DNA of 64,000 nucleotides from positions 69,918 through 133,917 of the forward strand of contig JANRIL010000015.1 in assembly GCA_033764955.1 (NCBI GenBank), read 5' to 3'. The notes under the pieces are model-generated. The model made no database searches. It had not been told where the DNA came from and worked only from the letters and a program-made list of their open reading frames with translations. Each line of letters starts with the position of its first letter. Position 1 is the stretch's first letter. A program made the position numbers and the translations under genes. This stretch comes from Cyanobacteriota bacterium. GTDB lineage: Bacteria; Cyanobacteriota; Cyanobacteriia; Thermostichales; Thermostichaceae. Of this stretch, positions 42,060 to 51,291 are shown piece after piece.

Positions 42060-42749
42060 TTAAGGCTTGATCACCGCTATTCTCACAAAACGGTCGTTAT
42101 TATAAAGCTCATAGTTCAGGAGTTGAAATCCGATAATTTCTAACATCCACAACAAATCATCATAGCTATAGCGATTGTGTTCCCAAAAATGGGTAATTTG
42201 GTCATCCAGATAAGCCGTATCCGTAGCGGGATCCAATAATTTATCAACGGTGGCGGGATCAAAATAATCACGAATGGAAGCTCTTACCCAATCCACAATC
42301 AGTAACCGTCCTCCCGACTTGAGCAGACGATGAGCCGTTTGCAACAAACGAAGCGGCTGAACCATTTCATGCAAAACCATAACCGCCTGAGCCACATCCA
42401 CGGATCCCGCTGCTAGGGGCAGTTGCGGGTCATGCAAATCCGCTTGCAAAAGTTGCAGACGGGGAATATCGGCTAAAACTTGTTGCGCTTTTTCCAGCAT
42501 GTAGGGCATCAGATCCACCCCTACGTAGCGAGCCTGAGGATAACGGCGATGCCAATGTTCGATCACCAACCCTGGCCCTGTACCCAAATCCAAAAGACAA
42601 GGGGAACCATCCCCAATAGCAGGCTCAAGGTGGACTTTCCAAAACTGCCAAAATGCCTCACCAAAACGACCCGGAGCCGTCGCCACCATCAGTTCAGAAA
42701 ACTCAGCCCCTCGATGGTGTTTGCTTAAGAGATTGACGGTATCTACCAT
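42060..42749 (-). CDS. Class I SAM-dependent methyltransferase
   Basis: LLDLGTGPG, GVD, VLHE, LKSGGRLLIVDW. Confidence 0.88.
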   Translation of the reverse strand: MVDTVNLLSKHHRGAEFSELMVATAPGRFGEAFWQFWKVHLEPAIGDGSPCLLDLGTGPGLVIEHWHRRYPQARYVGVDLMPYMLEKAQQVLADIPRLQLLQADLHDPQLPLAAGSVDVAQAVMVLHEMVQPLRLLQTAHRLLKSGGRLLIVDWVRASIRDYFDPATVDKLLDPATDTAYLDDQITHFWEHNRYSYDDLLWMLEIIGFQLLNYELYNNDRFVRIAVIKP

Positions 42750-42836
42750 AGCTGTTTTTTAGAAAGGGATCCCTTTTACTATCCCACACGGGGCTAGCGG
42801 CTCCTGGATGCGGCTCGTCTGTTAACCCCCGAAGGC

Positions 42837-43697
42837 TTACGGAGTTAAGAGGCGCTCGAGCACGACCTGTCGCATCACCTCCACCGGAACGGTGGATCCC
42901 AACCAGGAGGAGAGGGCAATGGATCCCTGTTGCACCAACATTTCTAGCCCATCTATGGCCATCAGGCCAACCCGCATCGCTTGATCGAGGAGGAGAGTGG
43001 GGCGGGGGGTATAGATCAGATCATAGACAATGCTCCCCCCAGGCAACATCCCTAACTGGGGGAGAGAAAGGGGGCTATCGTTGGGGCTTTTGCCCAACAT
43101 GCCAATGGGGGTGGTATTGACCAGAAGGTGGGTGTGAGGCAAGCAGGCTTCTAATTCCCCCCAAGTACGAATCAAGAGGGCAGGCCACTGTTGCTGAAGC
43201 GCCAGCAACCCCTCTGGAGAGCGTCCTACCACCTGCACTTGCCCAACCCCCAGATGCCAGCAAGCCTGGATGACCGCACGGGCGGCCCCCCCTGCCCCCA
43301 AAATCGTGGCGGTTTGCTGATCCCACGGGATCGGCAGAGTCAGAAGTGGAGCCAGAAACCCCTGCCAATCGGTGTTGCTGCCTATCCATCCCCCACTTGG
43401 GTCGCGGCGGTAAAGGGTATTGACCGCCCCTATCGCTTTAGCAGCCGAATCAATGGCTATCAGGTGGGGGATGACTGCCTGCTTGTGGGGAATCGTAACA
43501 TTGAGCCCTTGCACCCCGATAGCGGCTAATCCGGCTAGAGCAGAGGGCAAGTGCTGACTAAGCACTGGAAAAGGCAAATACACATAATTTTGACCCAAGC
43601 TTTGCAGAGCTGCATTGTGCATGACAGGCGAGAGGCTATGGGCAACCGGATCCCCAATAATGCCCAGCAGTTGGGTCGTACCATCGATGGTTGTCAT
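42837..43697 (-). CDS. aroE: Shikimate dehydrogenase
   Basis: HSLSPVMHN, NVTIPHK, GAVNT, NTD, GAGGAARA. Confidence 0.96.
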   Translation of the reverse strand: MTTIDGTTQLLGIIGDPVAHSLSPVMHNAALQSLGQNYVYLPFPVLSQHLPSALAGLAAIGVQGLNVTIPHKQAVIPHLIAIDSAAKAIGAVNTLYRRDPSGGWIGSNTDWQGFLAPLLTLPIPWDQQTATILGAGGAARAVIQACWHLGVGQVQVVGRSPEGLLALQQQWPALLIRTWGELEACLPHTHLLVNTTPIGMLGKSPNDSPLSLPQLGMLPGGSIVYDLIYTPRPTLLLDQAMRVGLMAIDGLEMLVQQGSIALSSWLGSTVPVEVMRQVVLERLLTP

Positions 43698-43708
43698 TGC
43701 TTAGCCCT

Positions 43709-44878
43709 TCAAGGTGAAGGCTCTAGGGGCTGAAGGGCTAAAAACTGCTCAAGCTGTTGCTTGAGGGCTTGATTTTCTGCCTCCAGATGACTGAGCTGTT
43801 CTAGGCGAAGGCGGAGTTCTTGATTTTGTATCTCTAGGGCTTTTACCCGCTCCTGTAACTCCTGTTCGCTCGAGGACAGGCTAACCGCAGTTAAGGGAGA
43901 AACAACCAGCGAACTGGGCTGATTTTTGCTGTCTCGCATCACCTGCGCCGCCCGCATCAGCAACGCTCTCCCCTGCGGATCATCACTTTCGGTTAAGTTA
44001 GCCGTGCCAAACTGAATTTGTACCTCAACGGGCTGTGCTTGAATGACAAAGGGCTGTTGAACCATCCGTTGACAGCACCGTTCGACGGCAATCTGAGCTG
44101 CGGGTAAGGTGGTAGCTGTCAAAATCACGATGTATTGTCCTTCGTCATAGCAAAACAGATCATCCTCTTCCCGCAGGTTGTGGATCAAACGATTGGTAAA
44201 CCCCTCTAATAGTTCTTGGCGAGAGGATTCGTTGAGGGCTTTGCTGAGTTGTCCCAAATTGGCTAGGCGCAGGATAAATAAGCTGAGGGGCTCGTTGAGT
44301 TTGCGGGTCTGTTGGATGCGAACGGGCAAGGTGGCGATCAGGGTTTGGCGGGTGCCAATAGTGGGCAGTCCAGCATTGGGCAACCCAGGGATCCCTTCCA
44401 CCTTGTGGGCTGCTTTCAGTTGTTGACGGCGCAATTCGACGATCCGTAAGCCTGCCCTGACGCGGGTCATCAACTCAGCCGCCTGAAAGGGTTTAGAGAG
44501 AAACTCATCGGCTCCGGCCTCCAGAGCGCGATCCATGTTATCGTTGCCCTCACGGGCGGTCATAATGATGTAATAAATCCAGGAATATTCTGGGGTCTTC
44601 CGCAGTTGGCGGCAAAGAGAAAGACCATCTAGAGTGGGCATTACCCAGTCGGCAATGATCAAATCCGGTGGCTGCTGACGCACTTGATCAAGAGCCGCCG
44701 AACCATCCAAAGCATAGGAAATCGTACAGCCCTGCTTGCCCAGGAAGCTAGACAGCATCTCTGCCACCATATAGCTGTCATCCACAATCAAGATGCGTGC
44801 TCGCAGCCCCCCACTATCAGGGGATCCCAGGGAGGAGGTCGCAACTTCGGGGTGAGTCGTTGGAGGGTTGGATGACAT
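43709..44878 (-). CDS. Response regulator with degenerate GGDEF-like domain and coiled-coil tail
   Basis: Receiver (IVDD, DWVMP, T, KP); YDEGQY sits where GGDEF is expected. Confidence 0.8.
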   Translation of the reverse strand: MSSNPPTTHPEVATSSLGSPDSGGLRARILIVDDSYMVAEMLSSFLGKQGCTISYALDGSAALDQVRQQPPDLIIADWVMPTLDGLSLCRQLRKTPEYSWIYYIIMTAREGNDNMDRALEAGADEFLSKPFQAAELMTRVRAGLRIVELRRQQLKAAHKVEGIPGLPNAGLPTIGTRQTLIATLPVRIQQTRKLNEPLSLFILRLANLGQLSKALNESSRQELLEGFTNRLIHNLREEDDLFCYDEGQYIVILTATTLPAAQIAVERCCQRMVQQPFVIQAQPVEVQIQFGTANLTESDDPQGRALLMRAAQVMRDSKNQPSSLVVSPLTAVSLSSSEQELQERVKALEIQNQELRLRLEQLSHLEAENQALKQQLEQFLALQPLEPSP

Positions 44879-45316
44879 TGCTAGGGGAGAGAAGAGAAAG
44901 AAAAAAGTTCTCTATCTTTAGTTTTTAGCAGAATGCTGCTAGATCGCAGGGAGATCCTCAAGAGATTGACAAAAATTAAGATTTGCTAAGTATTGACACA
45001 AGGACAAATGGGATACGGATAACTTACCTGAAAAATTAGCAACAAAGCAAGAACAGGGAACGGCTGTCAAAGGCTTTTGGTATAGTCACTTATCAAGATT
45101 GTCAACCCATCACAGTTGTGAATCAAGGCATGGCATTAGGGATAGCAATAACAAGTCCGTTGATAATCCGTCTATGCAGGATGAGTCCATTAACCTTGTA
45201 AGCCCCATAGTTTTGGGTAGATTGGCAAGTTTTATCTAAAACCCCATCTATCGAGCGTAAAGGAACGATAAAAAAGGGAAACCTAAGGATGGGAGCTGTT
45301 GGGGATCCCCTGAGTC

Positions 45317-45802
45317 TTAGTTTTCAGCAAAGGATTTGCCCAGCCAAAACCCTTGAGTGACAAATCCCGTTTGCGTATAGAGACCGATGGCGGTTTGATT
45401 GCTGGCGAAGACTTGCAGACACAACCCCGATAACCCCTTTTGCCTTGCCCAAGTCTCTCCGGCTAAGAGGAGGGTACGCCCTAACCCACGCCGCCGATGA
45501 TCGGGATCCACTCGCAGCATGAACATATACCCGACGGACTTGCCTGTGATCTGATCCAACGAAGTGCCGATCCACAGACAGCCAATCCGGTTCAGTTGCC
45601 CCAGCATGATCCACCAGCAGGGGGTAGATAAGGGATCGTAAAGGCGGGCAACGGTAGCCTCCAGATGACGCCAATCTTGTTGGTCAGGAAAAGATTCCTG
45701 GAGGGTGGCCTGGAGCCACTCTTGAACTCGGACTCGATCCCGTTCTTTTCCCTCCTGCCAACGATAGCCCGCTGGTAAAGGGATCCCGTAGGGCAGTTCC
45801 AT
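45317..45802 (-). CDS. GNAT N-acetyltransferase
   Basis: VDPDHRRRGLG, LQVFASN, LYTQTGF. Confidence 0.88.
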   Translation of the reverse strand: MELPYGIPLPAGYRWQEGKERDRVRVQEWLQATLQESFPDQQDWRHLEATVARLYDPLSTPCWWIMLGQLNRIGCLWIGTSLDQITGKSVGYMFMLRVDPDHRRRGLGRTLLLAGETWARQKGLSGLCLQVFASNQTAIGLYTQTGFVTQGFWLGKSFAEN

Positions 45803-45970
45803 TTAGCTCGACGGGGCTGAAACTACCCAGGCTACGCTATCCTCCGTCAGGGGGGCTGGTTGTGCCATATCCTCTGGCAAGAAGGAGCGAATGCTCACCA
45901 CCACGAACGTGAACAAAAACACCAATAAAATCAGGGCAGGCATAAGGTACTGGCGAAAGAAAGCTTTCAT
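45803..45970 (-). CDS. Small membrane protein (55 aa), not in the ORF track
   Basis: MKAFFRQYLMPALILLVFLFTFVVVSIRSFLPEDMAQPAPL...; TAA directly abuts the GNAT ATG. Confidence 0.7.
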   Translation of the reverse strand: MKAFFRQYLMPALILLVFLFTFVVVSIRSFLPEDMAQPAPLTEDSVAWVVSAPSS

Positions 45971-46058
45971 AAGCTACAACAAACGGTTAATTTTCTTTAC
46001 GATAATCCAAATAGCGGCGGCGGAGAAGGGTTCTCCCATGCCGAAACAGTCCAGCAAC

Positions 46059-46535
46059 TTACCCTTGCACAGTTAAGACTGAGCAGGGGGCATGGTGAAG
46101 GACATAATTGCTGACACTGCCCTGAACCCATTCATTCAATCCGGTTAGACCACGCCGACCCACCACAATCAGATCGGCGTCCCAGCTTTTGGCCAATTCA
46201 CAGATGCTATGTCCGGGATCCCCCAAGGAAAGGCTAAATTCAGCCTTGATTCCTGCTTGACTGGCGGTGTTAGCCAGACCACAGAGATAATCGAAGCGAT
46301 TTTTTTCAAAGGCTTCCCGCTGCTGACGATAGGCATCCCACAGCTCTTGGGTGATGGCTGCGCCATAATCGATACCCGCCAATGTGGGGATGAGGGGGGC
46401 ACCCTCTGCCTGGGGGGTCAACACATGAATCAGCATCAGGGAGGCGTCGGTGGCTTTCGCTAAGGAAAGGGCATAACCAAACACCTGCTCACTATGAGGG
46501 GAGGGATCCACGGCCACCAAAATCTTTTTCATCAT
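46059..46535 (-). CDS. Universal stress protein
   Basis: KILVAVD, GDPG, DLIVVGRRG, GSVSNYVLHHAPCSV. Confidence 0.93.
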   Translation of the reverse strand: MMKKILVAVDPSPHSEQVFGYALSLAKATDASLMLIHVLTPQAEGAPLIPTLAGIDYGAAITQELWDAYRQQREAFEKNRFDYLCGLANTASQAGIKAEFSLSLGDPGHSICELAKSWDADLIVVGRRGLTGLNEWVQGSVSNYVLHHAPCSVLTVQG

Positions 46536-46819
46536 GGGTTAACCTATGGGGCTAGGAGATCAAAACCGATTGGCTTCTGGATACTTTATTCATCATAGCG
46601 ATGTTGGGGGCAGCTTTTTCTCAAGATTAGGTTAGTAATCTTGAGGTTTCAGCCCATATTTTTCAGCCCATTTAGTTGTTTACCCTAATGGGAGGGATCC
46701 CGACATTACCCGACATCATTAGGTGTTGGAATGGGGAACAACGGGATGCGGAGAGAGATACCTTTCCTGGTTTGAGATGATGCTTAGAGATGACTATTAG
46801 GAGATCGTGGGGATAAGCT

Positions 46820-47779
46820 ATGCCGTTTCGAGCCACTAGTCAGGTGCTGATTCAGGGAATCACTGGACATTTAAGCCAATTACAGACCCCCAGTATCGTT
46901 GCCTATGGGACTCAGGTGGTGGCAGGGGTTAGTCCCGGACATGGGGGGGAGAATTTCCGGCTGACGGATGAACGCTCCATCCCCGTTTTTGATCGGGTGG
47001 GGGATGTAGTGGATCGTCTAGGGGGGATGGATGTCTCACTGGTATTTGTACCGGCGGATGCGGTTTTGGATGCCGGTCTAGAGGCGATAGCCGCCGGCAT
47101 CCGCCAAGTGATTTTGCTGGCGGAGGGGGTTCCTCCCCTGGATATGGTGCGCTTATTAAGGGTGGCCGAACAAACAGACACTGTTATTATTGGCCCGAAC
47201 TCACCGGGGGTAATCGTGCCAGGGCAGGTCTTGCTGGGGATCCATCCCCCTCACCTTTATCAACCGGGCAACATCGGCATTCTCAGCCGCAGTGGGACGC
47301 TCACCTTTGAAGTAGCCGCCTGTCTGACCCGTGCCGGTTGGGGGCAGTCGATTTGTATCGGGATTGGTGGGGATCCGATCATTGGCTCCTCTTTTCCCCA
47401 GTGGTTGCAGTTTTTGGAAGAACATGAACCCACGCAAGCGATTGTTTTGGTGGGGGAAATTGGTGGCAGTGCTGAAGAGGAAGCAGCCCACTATATTGCT
47501 GAGGCGATTGATAAACCCGTCGTGGCCTATATCGCGGGGGTAACCGCTCCAGAAGGCAAGCGAATGGGACATGCTGGAGCGGTCATTAACCCTACCGAAG
47601 GGTGGCAGCAGGCTCATCCCCAGCTCTGGCGAGACTCCCCTACCTTTTGGGATGCCGGACGAGCCTGTGGCTCAGCCCAGCACAAAATCGCTGCCTTAGA
47701 ACTGGCTCAGGTGGCGATAGCGGAGCGCCCTAGCCAGATTCCAGAACTATTGGAATGGCTGGTGCCCCGGCACAATTAA
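46820..47779 (+). CDS. sucD: Succinate--CoA ligase alpha subunit
   Basis: QGITG, IGPNSPG, SRSGTL, GIGGD, MGHAG phospho-His. Confidence 0.9.
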   Translation: MPFRATSQVLIQGITGHLSQLQTPSIVAYGTQVVAGVSPGHGGENFRLTDERSIPVFDRVGDVVDRLGGMDVSLVFVPADAVLDAGLEAIAAGIRQVILLAEGVPPLDMVRLLRVAEQTDTVIIGPNSPGVIVPGQVLLGIHPPHLYQPGNIGILSRSGTLTFEVAACLTRAGWGQSICIGIGGDPIIGSSFPQWLQFLEEHEPTQAIVLVGEIGGSAEEEAAHYIAEAIDKPVVAYIAGVTAPEGKRMGHAGAVINPTEGWQQAHPQLWRDSPTFWDAGRACGSAQHKIAALELAQVAIAERPSQIPELLEWLVPRHN

Positions 47780-47789
47780 CCCGTCAGGA

Positions 47790-48830
47790 TCAGTCAGAAA
47801 GAGAGTCCGCGACACAGGTTAAAAATGCTGTGACATGGGAAGGCTGGGTATCAAAGGCCGTTACCAAGCGGATGGTGGTTCGAGGATCCCTAGGGATCCA
47901 GGGATAGAAGCGAAAGCCTGCGGCTTGCAGTTTTTCAATGGTGGAGTTAGGCAGCGAGACAAACAACTCGTTGGCCTCTACCGGAAAGAGCAGCTCAACC
48001 CCAGCTAGGGTTTGTAAACCTGCCGCCAACTGACTAGCCATCTGGTTAGCCTGACGGGCATAGTCCAACCAACGGTCGGCTTCTAAGTAGGCCAAAAGCT
48101 GGGCAGAAAGAAAACGCATTTTGGAGAAAAGATGTCCCGCTCGCTTGCGCCGAAAGGGAAAACTGGCGGCCATGTCGGGCTGAAAAAAAATCACCGCTTC
48201 CGCCGCCATCGCTCCATTTTTGGTGGCTCCAAAGGAGAGCATATCAATACCTGCTTGCCAGGTGAGGGCGGCAGGACGGCACCCCAAGCTCACCAGGGCG
48301 TTGGCAAAGCGTGCCCCATCCATATGTACGACTAATCCATGCTGATGAGCCACATGGCTGATGGCTTTGATTTCCTCCAGATGATAGACAGTGCCTGCTT
48401 CGGTGGCTTGCGTCAGGCTAACCGCCGCTGGCTGCACATGATGAACCACCCCAGCCCCAGCCGTGGACAGCACTTGAGCCAGATCAGCGGCGGCGATTTT
48501 GCCCGCGGCTCCGGGGATCCCGACTAATTTGGCTCCCCCCGTAAAAAGTTCCGGACTTCCGCACTCATCAACATTGATGTGGGACTGGGGATGGCAATAA
48601 ATGGCTCCGTAGGGGGGCACCACGCTGGAGAGCGCCAGGGCATTGGCGGCGGATCCCGTAGCAACCGGAAAAACCGCCAAGGGGGTTTCAAACAGATCTT
48701 CAAACCGCTGCTGCAATTGCTCCGTCAGATCGTCTCCACCATAGGGCATGGCAGCTCCTTGGTTGGCTTTGATCAAAGCTTCTAAAATAGCTGGAGCTAT
48801 GCCTGTCACGTTATCGCTGCAAAAATTCAT
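47790..48830 (-). CDS. ltaE: Low-specificity L-threonine aldolase
   Basis: FCSDN, TGSAAN, HMDGARFANA, GATKNG, SKMRF. Confidence 0.88.
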   Translation of the reverse strand: MNFCSDNVTGIAPAILEALIKANQGAAMPYGGDDLTEQLQQRFEDLFETPLAVFPVATGSAANALALSSVVPPYGAIYCHPQSHINVDECGSPELFTGGAKLVGIPGAAGKIAAADLAQVLSTAGAGVVHHVQPAAVSLTQATEAGTVYHLEEIKAISHVAHQHGLVVHMDGARFANALVSLGCRPAALTWQAGIDMLSFGATKNGAMAAEAVIFFQPDMAASFPFRRKRAGHLFSKMRFLSAQLLAYLEADRWLDYARQANQMASQLAAGLQTLAGVELLFPVEANELFVSLPNSTIEKLQAAGFRFYPWIPRDPRTTIRLVTAFDTQPSHVTAFLTCVADSLSD

Positions 48831-49048
48831 GATGGATCCTTAGGTCATGTGGATGGTTCCCCTCAACCCCAAAAGTCCACTGACAAGATGCTGGCCACAA
48901 GAAAGCTGAGGTCATTTCCTGCGAGTTTATCAAATGAAGGGTAGTTGCCCTACAGGTAATGCCGACAAGTTCAGCAGACTACTTACTGAGAATGAGCGAA
49001 GTCTACAACCCTCATTTCAGGTTGTCTATTCTCAATAATCTAATCCTA

Positions 49049-49141
49049 TATAGCAATCTGATGTAATTCATGAGAGCAGGTTCTAGGCATAGCAAGCAGT
49101 TGAGGCCGACTTTTTCTCACAAATGGCGACCGATTGCTATA
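49049..49141. repeat. MITE-like element bounded by TATAGCAATC / GATTGCTATA
   Basis: Perfect 10-bp terminal inverted repeat plus inner TGAGA/TCTCA. Confidence 0.6.
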
Positions 49142-49273
49142 GTATATTTTGATATTTCATAGCCATTACTTAAGTAGAGCTACCCTCACGTAAAAGTGAG
49201 AATAGCAAAGCTTCTACGACTTGGTTCAGTTGCTCAATTAATGGCTTAGAGACCTTGACAACTTAGAGTCTCC

Positions 49274-50176
49274 CTAATTCTGGGTACGGTTAAGCATCCG
49301 CATCGCCATTGCTAGACTCAGCTTCATCCGATTAAAGGCATCAGCCAGGGATCCCATTTCATCTTTGCTATTGCTTTCAAACTCTACATCTAACTGCCCA
49401 GTGCTGACTTGATCGGCTACCGCCACCATCCGGTTGAGGGGACGAATCACCGCTCGATTCAGGAGAATATTCACTAACAAAATCGCCAGGGCAAACACCC
49501 CAAAAGCAATGGTCATTAACAGGAAAAACGATTGATAGGCATTACGAAATACCTCACTAGCAGGGACAGAGACGATCTGTGCGCCTACAATTTCATTGAG
49601 TTGCCAACCAAAGCCATTCTCTCTACCGTAGGTGGCCAACATGCTTTTGGGAGCAGCCTCAGGAGTGCTGTGACAACGCAGACAACTTTCTTTGGTGATG
49701 GGAATAGGGCGAGCAATATAAAACAAATTGCCACTGGGAGTGGGACGAAAGCCTGTGAGTTCAGTTAGAGAAGATTGACCCCGAAACTGATTGACCAAAG
49801 TGGTTTCAAAGGTGTCACTTTTGTCACGGGGATTGGTAGGGTTGAGGGTAGCTTCCTTATAAAAGAATTCGTTATATTCGGGGTTTTTCCGCAAGTCTTC
49901 AAAAACCTCACGGGCAGCATATCCGGGCACCGTTTGAGGAATAAACTCCTCCTCCGTCTCCAAACGGGGAGCGAGTTCAGGAGTGACCTGACCATTTGTA
50001 TAGCTACGCACGGAATTGATGGTTTGCATGAGGAGGAGGGCTTTTGCGGTCACCTGTGCCTCAGCGTTTCCGATCAAAATCGTCGTAAAGGCAGATCCCG
50101 TTAGCAAAATGCCCCCAAAAAAGATGGCAATTAGCAGTAGATTAAATTTCTTAGCCAGATTCAGTTGGGTAAACAT
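49274..50176 (-). CDS. DUF3365/Tll0287-like c-type heme sensor with HAMP and no output domain
   Basis: TM, periplasmic domain (YKEATLNPTNPRD, CLRCH), TM, HAMP (DEMGSLADAFNRM), stop. Confidence 0.85.
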   Translation of the reverse strand: MFTQLNLAKKFNLLLIAIFFGGILLTGSAFTTILIGNAEAQVTAKALLLMQTINSVRSYTNGQVTPELAPRLETEEEFIPQTVPGYAAREVFEDLRKNPEYNEFFYKEATLNPTNPRDKSDTFETTLVNQFRGQSSLTELTGFRPTPSGNLFYIARPIPITKESCLRCHSTPEAAPKSMLATYGRENGFGWQLNEIVGAQIVSVPASEVFRNAYQSFFLLMTIAFGVFALAILLVNILLNRAVIRPLNRMVAVADQVSTGQLDVEFESNSKDEMGSLADAFNRMKLSLAMAMRMLNRTQN

Positions 50177-50402
50177 AAGACATCAGGAAGGTAGCTGAGC
50201 GGAACTGGCGGCATTAAGTGCCATAACTTCAAGGTAATACTAACCCTGCCATACTAAGATGCAATCAAGTGAAATCACTTCGATGTCATAACTTTCAGGC
50301 ATAACTCAAGGGTAAAACCAGACCAATGATGTCAGGGTGATCGCCGGGATCCCTGAGTTGGGTCTACCTAGACTAAAATAGAAGGCTAGCATCTTCAAAA
50401 CT

Positions 50403-51263
50403 ATGCTTTACCGCCGCCATATTTTGCTGGGATCCCTGATTACCTTGATCAGTCTAACAAGCTGCTCAACTGCTCCGCGCCTTCCAAAGGGAAAATTAAC
50501 GATTGGTGTGGTGGCCTATGGAGACGCGACCCGCTCGATTGAGCAATATAGTCAGCTTGTCGAGTATTTGTCCCAACAGACCAATTCAGTGATTGAATTA
50601 GAACCCGCTTTTAATGAGCGAAAGGCCCTCGACCAAATTGCCCGACAAGCCTGGTCGATAGTGTTTGCCCCTTCTGGGTTAACGGCGATTGCCATCGATC
50701 GTCACCAATACATCCCCATTTTCCCAACACGGGAAGGGGCACTGGCTCGCTCGGTGATTGTGGTTAAAACCGATAGCACCATCCAAAAGTTGGCGGATTT
50801 AGCCAATCAACCTATGGCATTGGGTCAGCCCGGATCGGCCACCGGATATTATCTGCCGCTCTACGATCTGTATGGACTGACCTTAGCAGAACTGCGTTTT
50901 GCCCCTACCCCCAAGAATGGATTGGAATGGGTGGCGGCTGGAGAGGTGACGGCCACAGCCCTGGCTAAAGGCGAATTTGATAGCTTGAAAACCGCCTTTC
51001 CCAATAATTCCTTTCGCATTCTGCATACCAGTCGCCCCATTCCGGGGGGAGCGGTTCTGTTGGGACCATCGGTGGATCGCAACCAACAGGATTTGATTGT
51101 CAAAGCCATGAATGACTTGCCCCCTAATGTGGTGGAAACGATAGGCTATATTCCCAATAGCGAGGTGTCAGATTATCAATATCTGATTGATTTGATCCGC
51201 AAGATCAAGCCAATTGAGAACCAAGTTACGCAGAAGCCCGCTGTCCTTTTTCTAAAGAAATGA
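50403..51263 (+). CDS. PhnD/PtxB-like phosphate/phosphonate-binding lipoprotein
   Basis: Lipobox LTSC, GSATGYYLPLY, SVIVV; no ABC permease genes nearby. Confidence 0.8.
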   Translation: MLYRRHILLGSLITLISLTSCSTAPRLPKGKLTIGVVAYGDATRSIEQYSQLVEYLSQQTNSVIELEPAFNERKALDQIARQAWSIVFAPSGLTAIAIDRHQYIPIFPTREGALARSVIVVKTDSTIQKLADLANQPMALGQPGSATGYYLPLYDLYGLTLAELRFAPTPKNGLEWVAAGEVTATALAKGEFDSLKTAFPNNSFRILHTSRPIPGGAVLLGPSVDRNQQDLIVKAMNDLPPNVVETIGYIPNSEVSDYQYLIDLIRKIKPIENQVTQKPAVLFLKK

Positions 51264-51291
51264 GGGAAGGGATCCAGGAGCAGATTGATCT

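Noticed and set aside
45098..45170. ATTGTCAAC...GTTGATAAT inverted repeat, a possible IS200/IS605 end or sRNA
   Set aside because: Short, imperfect, with no associated transposase or nuclease gene.
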